Assembly: GCF_000008665.1 (NCBI RefSeq)
Contig: NC_000917.1
Coordinates: 1,020,001-1,052,000 of the forward strand
Direction: 5' to 3'
Origin: Archaeoglobus fulgidus DSM 4304
GTDB lineage: Archaea; Halobacteriota; Archaeoglobi; Archaeoglobales; Archaeoglobaceae
Length of the DNA stretch: 32,000 nt
Made by a program: the position numbers and the translations under genes. Under the pieces are notes generated by a model. It saw only the letters and a program-made list of their open reading frames with translations. It had not been told where the DNA came from and did no database searches. This document shows, one piece after another, positions 27,312 to 32,000 of the stretch. Numbering within the stretch: position 1 is the first letter of the stretch; each line of letters opens with the position of its first letter.

Positions 27312-27932
27312 ATGGCAGTTGTGTTTCCGTCGAAGGAGTGGATGGAGGAGCTTTATAAAAAAGTAAACGCCGATGAAGAGTACAGAAGGGTTGCTGCGAA
27401 CTGGGAGGGGGACTACCTTTGCGTTGTTGAGCTGGACGAGGAGGCTTTGAGGGACTTCCAGAATCCGAAGGTGCTGAGAGGCTTTTTAGGCATGCTTGAC
27501 AGCATTCCAAAGGAGAAGAGGGAAAGGTTCAGGGGAACACCGAGCGAGAAGTTGCTCGAAGCTCTTGGACTGTCCCTTGATTCTGATCTGAGCGATGCAA
27601 ACGTTGAGGAGATCGCGAAGAAGATTGCCGAAAATCCGGACAAGATACTGGAGGCTGCGAAGGGTGCATCGCTCAACATCTGGATGGACTTCTGGCACGG
27701 CGACTTCAGAAACATTGAGGTTGCTGCGCCGGGAGAGCACGAGGATGCGAAGTTCAAGCTCATAGGTCCTTATGCTGTGTTCAAGCAGCTCGTTATGGGC
27801 AAGGCTGACGCTATCACTCTTGTTGTGAGCGGCAAGTTGAAATTGCAGGGAGATATGGGCTACATGATGCGAAACATGGCAACAGTCAAGAAGTTTACTG
27901 ACCTGATGGCATCCATCCCCATCGAGACTTAA
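27312..27932 (+). CDS. SCP-2 sterol-transfer-like family protein
   Basis: Track 27306..27932. C-terminal KFKLIGPYAVFKQLVMGKADAITLVVSGKLKLQGDMGYMMRNMATVKKF is the typical SCP2 core (W.......G......G....GD). Confidence 0.82.
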   Translation: MAVVFPSKEWMEELYKKVNADEEYRRVAANWEGDYLCVVELDEEALRDFQNPKVLRGFLGMLDSIPKEKRERFRGTPSEKLLEALGLSLDSDLSDANVEEIAKKIAENPDKILEAAKGASLNIWMDFWHGDFRNIEVAAPGEHEDAKFKLIGPYAVFKQLVMGKADAITLVVSGKLKLQGDMGYMMRNMATVKKFTDLMASIPIET

Positions 27933-27949
27933 CTTATTTTTTGGTGGTA

Positions 27950-29257
27950 TGGATGCCAAAGTACCTCGACCTCGATGAGCTCAGCGAAGAAGACAGGATG
28001 CTCAAGGAGGAGGTCCACAGGTTTGCTGAGGAGGTAATAAGGCCCGCATCGATTGAGCTGGACAGAATGCCTCCCGAAGAGAGAGTTAAGCCGGGTTCGC
28101 CCTACTTCAAGGTCTGGAAGCAGATTAAAAAGCTCGGCTACCACCGCATGTACCTGCCCGAGAACAAAGGCGGTCCGGGCTTGACACCCTTGCAGCGCTA
28201 CATTCTCTTCGAGGAGATTGCGTGGGGAAGTCTTGGCTTCGCCACCGCTTTGGGAGTGGACATGATTCCCTTCGTTTCGGCAGCGTTTTTCGGGACTCCT
28301 GAGATTTACGAGGACCTTGTCGTTCCTTGGATTGAGGACAGCGAGGGAAAATTCCACGGATGCTGGGGTGTAACAGAGCCGGAGCACGGAAGCGATTACC
28401 TGATTACGCTCAGAGAGGAGCCGGAACTCGTTGCGAAGTTCGGTAAGGGAAACGTTGTAGCTGAGAAGGACGGGGATGAGTGGGTTATAAGCGGGCAGAA
28501 GTCCGCCTGGGTTTCCTCCGCTCCGGTTGCAACTCACTGCGGATTGCATGCACAGCTTAAAGGGTCAAGAAGTATCGCTGAGGGGCTTTTCTGCATAGTT
28601 CCCCTCGATGCGGATGGTGTGAAGAAGGGAAGGCCAGCGGACATGCTCGGAATGAGAGATGACCCGCAGGGAGAGCTTTTCTTCGACGGCGTAAGGATTC
28701 CGGAGCACTACGTTGTTGTGGCTCCAGGCTTTTTCTACGGCGTATTCTTTGATCAGCTTCTCTGCCTGACAAGCTGCGGGATGGGAGCTTTTGCTGTTGG
28801 CCTCGCGAGGGCCTGCTTCGAGGAGGCCTTGCACTACGCGAGGCAGAGAGTTCAGGGAGGAGTACCCATCGTGAAGCACAAGAACGTAAAGCTGAAGCTC
28901 TACGAGATGTTCGAGAAGGTGGAGACGGCACGCTACTACGTTCGGAAGGCTACGGAGTACACTCACAAAAAGATAATAGAGCAGCAGACCGCCGACGCCT
29001 CGCCGAGGCATGCGAGAGCGGCGCAGATTTACGCGAAAAAGATAGCCTACGAGGTTGCTCACGATGCCCTTCAGATTTTCGGTGCTTACGGACTGATCAA
29101 GGAGTTCGTAATTGAGAAGTTCTTCAGGGATGCCAGGTGCATGCTTATTGAGGACGGAACGGTTGAGGTTCTCAGCCTTGAGGCGGCTGAGGATGTTATA
29201 GACAACTACGAAAAGGAGTTTTACGATGTGAACCATGTTATGAGGGTTTTGGGTTGA
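27950..29257 (+). CDS. Acyl-CoA dehydrogenase
   Basis: Track 27941..29257. Contains LGYHRMYLPENKGGPGL, WGVTEPEHGSDYL, GLHAQLKGSR, IFGAYGLIKEFVIEKFFRDARCMLIEDGTVEVLSL. Confidence 0.93.
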   Translation, partial: WMPKYLDLDELSEEDRMLKEEVHRFAEEVIRPASIELDRMPPEERVKPGSPYFKVWKQIKKLGYHRMYLPENKGGPGLTPLQRYILFEEIAWGSLGFATALGVDMIPFVSAAFFGTPEIYEDLVVPWIEDSEGKFHGCWGVTEPEHGSDYLITLREEPELVAKFGKGNVVAEKDGDEWVISGQKSAWVSSAPVATHCGLHAQLKGSRSIAEGLFCIVPLDADGVKKGRPADMLGMRDDPQGELFFDGVRIPEHYVVVAPGFFYGVFFDQLLCLTSCGMGAFAVGLARACFEEALHYARQRVQGGVPIVKHKNVKLKLYEMFEKVETARYYVRKATEYTHKKIIEQQTADASPRHARAAQIYAKKIAYEVAHDALQIFGAYGLIKEFVIEKFFRDARCMLIEDGTVEVLSLEAAEDVIDNYEKEFYDVNHVMRVLG

Positions 29258-29266
29258 GGTGGTACT

Positions 29267-30013
29267 ATGCTGAAGGGAATTCCGCATGACTCACCTCTTT
29301 ACGAGGTGGATGAGGATAGGGGGATAGAGTACAGAAATTGCGACGCTATTGTAGGGTTTTTCACCATTAAAGGGGACGTGAGTGACCTTCTGCCGGAAGG
29401 ACTGAAGGCGTACAGCAAGCCCGCTCAGGGGGGAATATGGATTTCCCACTACTCGTTCAGCACGGTTGGGGAGTACCACGAGTACCTGACCGTGATACAG
29501 GTAGAAGACGAGCAGGGAGACATGGGGTACTACATCCCATACATATACGTGACCAACGACTCTGCCCTCGCAGCGGGAAGGGAGCTTGCGGGTGCTCCCA
29601 AAAAGCTGGCCAATATAGGGCTCGTAAAGGAGCTCGACGTTGTTATGGGTTACCTTGAGAGGCCAACGGGAAAAAGGCTCGTTACCTTCGTAATGAAGCC
29701 CAACACGAGAGCTCTAGGTGGTATGATCGATTTCGTGCTTCCAAAACCAACTTATCTCTACTCCGTCCGCCACCTGCCGCCAATAAAGGGTAAAGGTGGT
29801 GTTACGCAGCTAGTCAAGTGGTATGCGGACATAGACTTCCACGTTGACCCCAAAGGAGAAAGGGCAATCTTCATGGGGCCGGGCAACATAACCTACGACT
29901 CTCCATCGGTCATCGACCCGGTGCACAAGGTGGAGATAGACACGCTCATGACCGCACTCTACTTCCAGTTCGACATGAAGCTCGGCTTTGTTGATATTCT
30001 GAGAGAGTACTGA
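29267..30013 (+). CDS. Acetoacetate decarboxylase-like family protein
   Basis: 248 aa: GYYIPYIYVTNDSALAAGRELAGAPKKLANI (ADC active-site Lys region x-P-K-K). GTFV-type strands match the ADC fold. Confidence 0.75.
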   Translation: MLKGIPHDSPLYEVDEDRGIEYRNCDAIVGFFTIKGDVSDLLPEGLKAYSKPAQGGIWISHYSFSTVGEYHEYLTVIQVEDEQGDMGYYIPYIYVTNDSALAAGRELAGAPKKLANIGLVKELDVVMGYLERPTGKRLVTFVMKPNTRALGGMIDFVLPKPTYLYSVRHLPPIKGKGGVTQLVKWYADIDFHVDPKGERAIFMGPGNITYDSPSVIDPVHKVEIDTLMTALYFQFDMKLGFVDILREY

Positions 30014-30116
30014 GGGGGAATATGCTCAAAAGAGGCAGAGGCGGCAATGGTTAGGTTCTGATGGGGACATACATGCAGTACAACATGGGCCTGAGGCCCG
30101 AGAAAGTTATGAGGGA

Positions 30117-31227
30117 GTGGAGGCTGTGATAGCGGTTATCGGCGCGGGAACGATGGGGGCGGCGATTGCCTTGCTTTTCGCCAACGCAGGCTTTGAGGTT
30201 ACGCTTGTGGACAAAAGCAGGGGAGCTCTCAGAAGGGCTGAGGATAGGCACAGAGGGGAAAGCTTGGAAGAGCTTGAGGAGGCAGGGTTGAGGAAGCAGG
30301 ATAATCCAGCATCTTTGATAACCTACACGACCGAGCTGAGGGTTTATGAGTGCGATTTTATTGTTGAGGCAATAGTGGAAAGGCTTCGGGATAAAATTGA
30401 GCTCTTCAGAAAAATTGAGGAGATAAACAGCCCGGCAGTTCTCGCAACAAACACCTCAAGCTTCATGCCGTCCGAGATTGCAAGACATCTCGCAAATCCA
30501 GAAAGGCTGACGCTATTCCATTTTTCCAACCCTCCCATCCTTATGCCCCTCGTCGAGGTTGGTGGGGAGATTGTTTCTGACGAAACGGTTGAGAGGGCCG
30601 TTGAGATGGCAAAGTCCATAGGCAAGGAGCCCGTGGTTTTAAGGAAGGAGTGCAGGGGGCATGTTTTGAACAGAATGCTCGCTGCTGCTGGTGTGGCGGT
30701 TGGGTACTGTCTGCTTTACAGCAGGCCGGAGGAGATTGACGCTGCACTGAGAAACCTCGGCATGAGGTACGGCTTTTTCGAAACTATCGACCTCATAGGC
30801 CTTGATGTTGCAAAGGACGTCCTTGAGAGCTTCAGGGAGTACTATGGGGATAAGTACAGGGGAATCAGAGCAATGGACTTCTTCATGGAGAAGATGGTCG
30901 AGTGGGGTAAGCTTGGAAAGAAGAGCGGTGAGGGGTTCTATAAGTGGGATGGGAGAAGGGCGAGCATCCCGGAAAGCCAATCCTGCGGATGTAACACCAC
31001 TCGTTGCCGCAATTGTCAACGAGGCGTTCAGAATCGTGGAGGACGGGATTGCTGAAGAGGAGATTGTAAACAGAGTTTACAGGCTGGCAACGAACGCGCC
31101 CTACGGTATAATTGATGCAGCCGAGCTACTTGGATACCAGTGCTTGATTGAGGCTCTGGACGATGCCTTCAATAAGACAGGCCTCGAGGTTTTCAGACCG
31201 TGCAAGACGCTAAGGAGTAAGGCTTAA
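30117..31227 (+). pseudogene. 3-hydroxyacyl-CoA dehydrogenase split by an internal frameshift
   Basis: Track 30117..31055: VIAVIGAGTMGAAIALLFANAGFEVTLVDKS...FHFSNPPILMPLVEVGGEI...GEGFYKWDG, then low-complexity out-of-frame residues. The +1 frame ORF (to 31227) supplies the missing C-terminal domain, NPADVTPLVAAIVNEAFRIVEDGIAEEEIVNRVYRLATNAPYGIIDAAELLGYQCLIEALDDAF. Confidence 0.85.
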
Positions 31228-31232
31228 TTTTT

Positions 31233-31571
31233 TTGAACCAATTTTACCGCATGGAGGAGCTTTTAGACATTCTGAGGGAGTTCAGGGATTCGAGGGGATG
31301 GCTTAAATACCACACTCCCAAGAATCTCGCCGTTTCAATCTCGATTGAGGTTGCTGAGCTTCTTGAGATTTTCCAGTGGACTCGCAGCAGCGATGAGGAG
31401 TTTGAGGTTCTGGAAAGGAGAAAGGGCGAAGTTGAGGAGGAAATTGCAGACGTGCTGATTTACCTCCTCTTTCTCTGTGACGTTGCCGAAATAAACCCGA
31501 TAGAGGCGGTGAAGAGAAAGATGGAGAAGAACGAGAGGAAGTATCCGAAGAACAGAGTTCACGAGTTCTGA
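31233..31571 (+). CDS. MazG-like / dCTP-pyrophosphatase-like nucleotide pyrophosphohydrolase
   Basis: 112 aa: HTPKNLAVSISIEVAELLEIFQW...KGEVEEEIADVLIYLLFLCDVAEINPIEAVKRKMEKNERKYP. Metal-binding ExxE..ExxD motifs. Confidence 0.93.
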   Translation: MNQFYRMEELLDILREFRDSRGWLKYHTPKNLAVSISIEVAELLEIFQWTRSSDEEFEVLERRKGEVEEEIADVLIYLLFLCDVAEINPIEAVKRKMEKNERKYPKNRVHEF

Positions 31572-31633
31572 TGCTTTTCCCGTAAAATCAAAAATTCGAC
31601 AACAGTTATTAACCAGCCCGCCAACTGAATCCC

Positions 31634-32000
31634 ATGCTCCCGGACGTTCAGCTTTTGAAGCCCGAAGTTCCCATAGGACTCAGCAGAGTTGGTGCTACGG
31701 GCATAAAGAAGCTTGTGGAGGTTCAGAGGGAGGGAAAAAGGCCCATCATCCTTATCTCCACCTTCGACGTTTTCGTTGACCTTCCCGCTCATCTCAAAGG
31801 CGTCAATCTTAGCAGGAACTTTGAGGTTATAGACGAGGTTCTCGAAACCCTCACCGCAAAACCGATAGAGAACATCGAGGACTTGGTTGTGGAGATAGCC
31901 GACCACCTTCTCAAAAGGCACGAGTACGCAACGAAGGCGGAGGCGAGGATGAACTCAGAGCTCATAATGAGAAAGAGAACTCCCAAAACTGGGCAGAGAA
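31634..32000 (+). CDS. mptA: GTP cyclohydrolase MptA, N-terminal part (gene runs off the right window edge)
   Basis: Not in the ORF track. The ATG at 31634 opens [71 protein letters not shown]...[23 protein letters not shown], the archaeal MptA/FolE2 N-terminus. Confidence 0.92.

Noticed and set aside
28557-29287. Minus-strand ORFs of 124 and 240 aa over the acyl-CoA dehydrogenase
   Set aside because: Antisense to an unambiguous acyl-CoA dehydrogenase. Composition is shadow-like.
1-32000. CRISPR array, tRNA/rRNA genes, IS elements
   Set aside because: No regularly spaced repeats, transposase motifs, terminal inverted repeats or tRNA-like cloverleaf/CCA pattern were noticed by eye. A tRNAscan/CRISPR finder run would confirm this.

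Overview
Archaeal chromosomal window. Gene content, gene order and codon style look like Archaeoglobus fulgidus; that species call is from memory, not a database search. It is densely packed with housekeeping operons. From left to right: the N-terminus of an MFS transporter (minus strand, cut by the window edge); acetyl-CoA hydrolase/CoA-transferase; phosphoglycerate kinase; argJ; an Lrp/AsnC regulator; an Lhr-type helicase; a KEOPS Pcc1-like protein; prefoldin beta; a small hypothetical; pus10; a DUF362/ferredoxin protein; a small KaiC/P-loop-like protein; and a metallophosphoesterase. Next is a short AT-rich accessory patch with a YwgA/SocA-like protein and a frameshifted PIN-like gene, then purD. 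The complete A-type ATP synthase operon follows (H-I-K-x-K-E-C-F-A-B-D), then a bioY/double-ABC-ATPase/EcfT transporter. A divergent pair comes next: a KaiC-like protein lacking a P-loop and an RHH-like protein. The window ends with an SCP2 / acyl-CoA dehydrogenase / acetoacetate-decarboxylase-like / 3-hydroxyacyl-CoA dehydrogenase cluster (the last gene frameshifted), a MazG-like protein, and the N-terminus of mptA. The most notable points are: (1) two nucleotide-identical atpK copies in a 244-bp perfect direct repeat with a 420-bp period, separated by an undescribed-looking 60-aa membrane mini-protein; (2) two disrupted genes with identifiable frame switches; (3) the degenerate-KaiC/RHH divergent pair, which shares an intergenic palindrome. 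I found no clear novel defence system and no CRISPR array.
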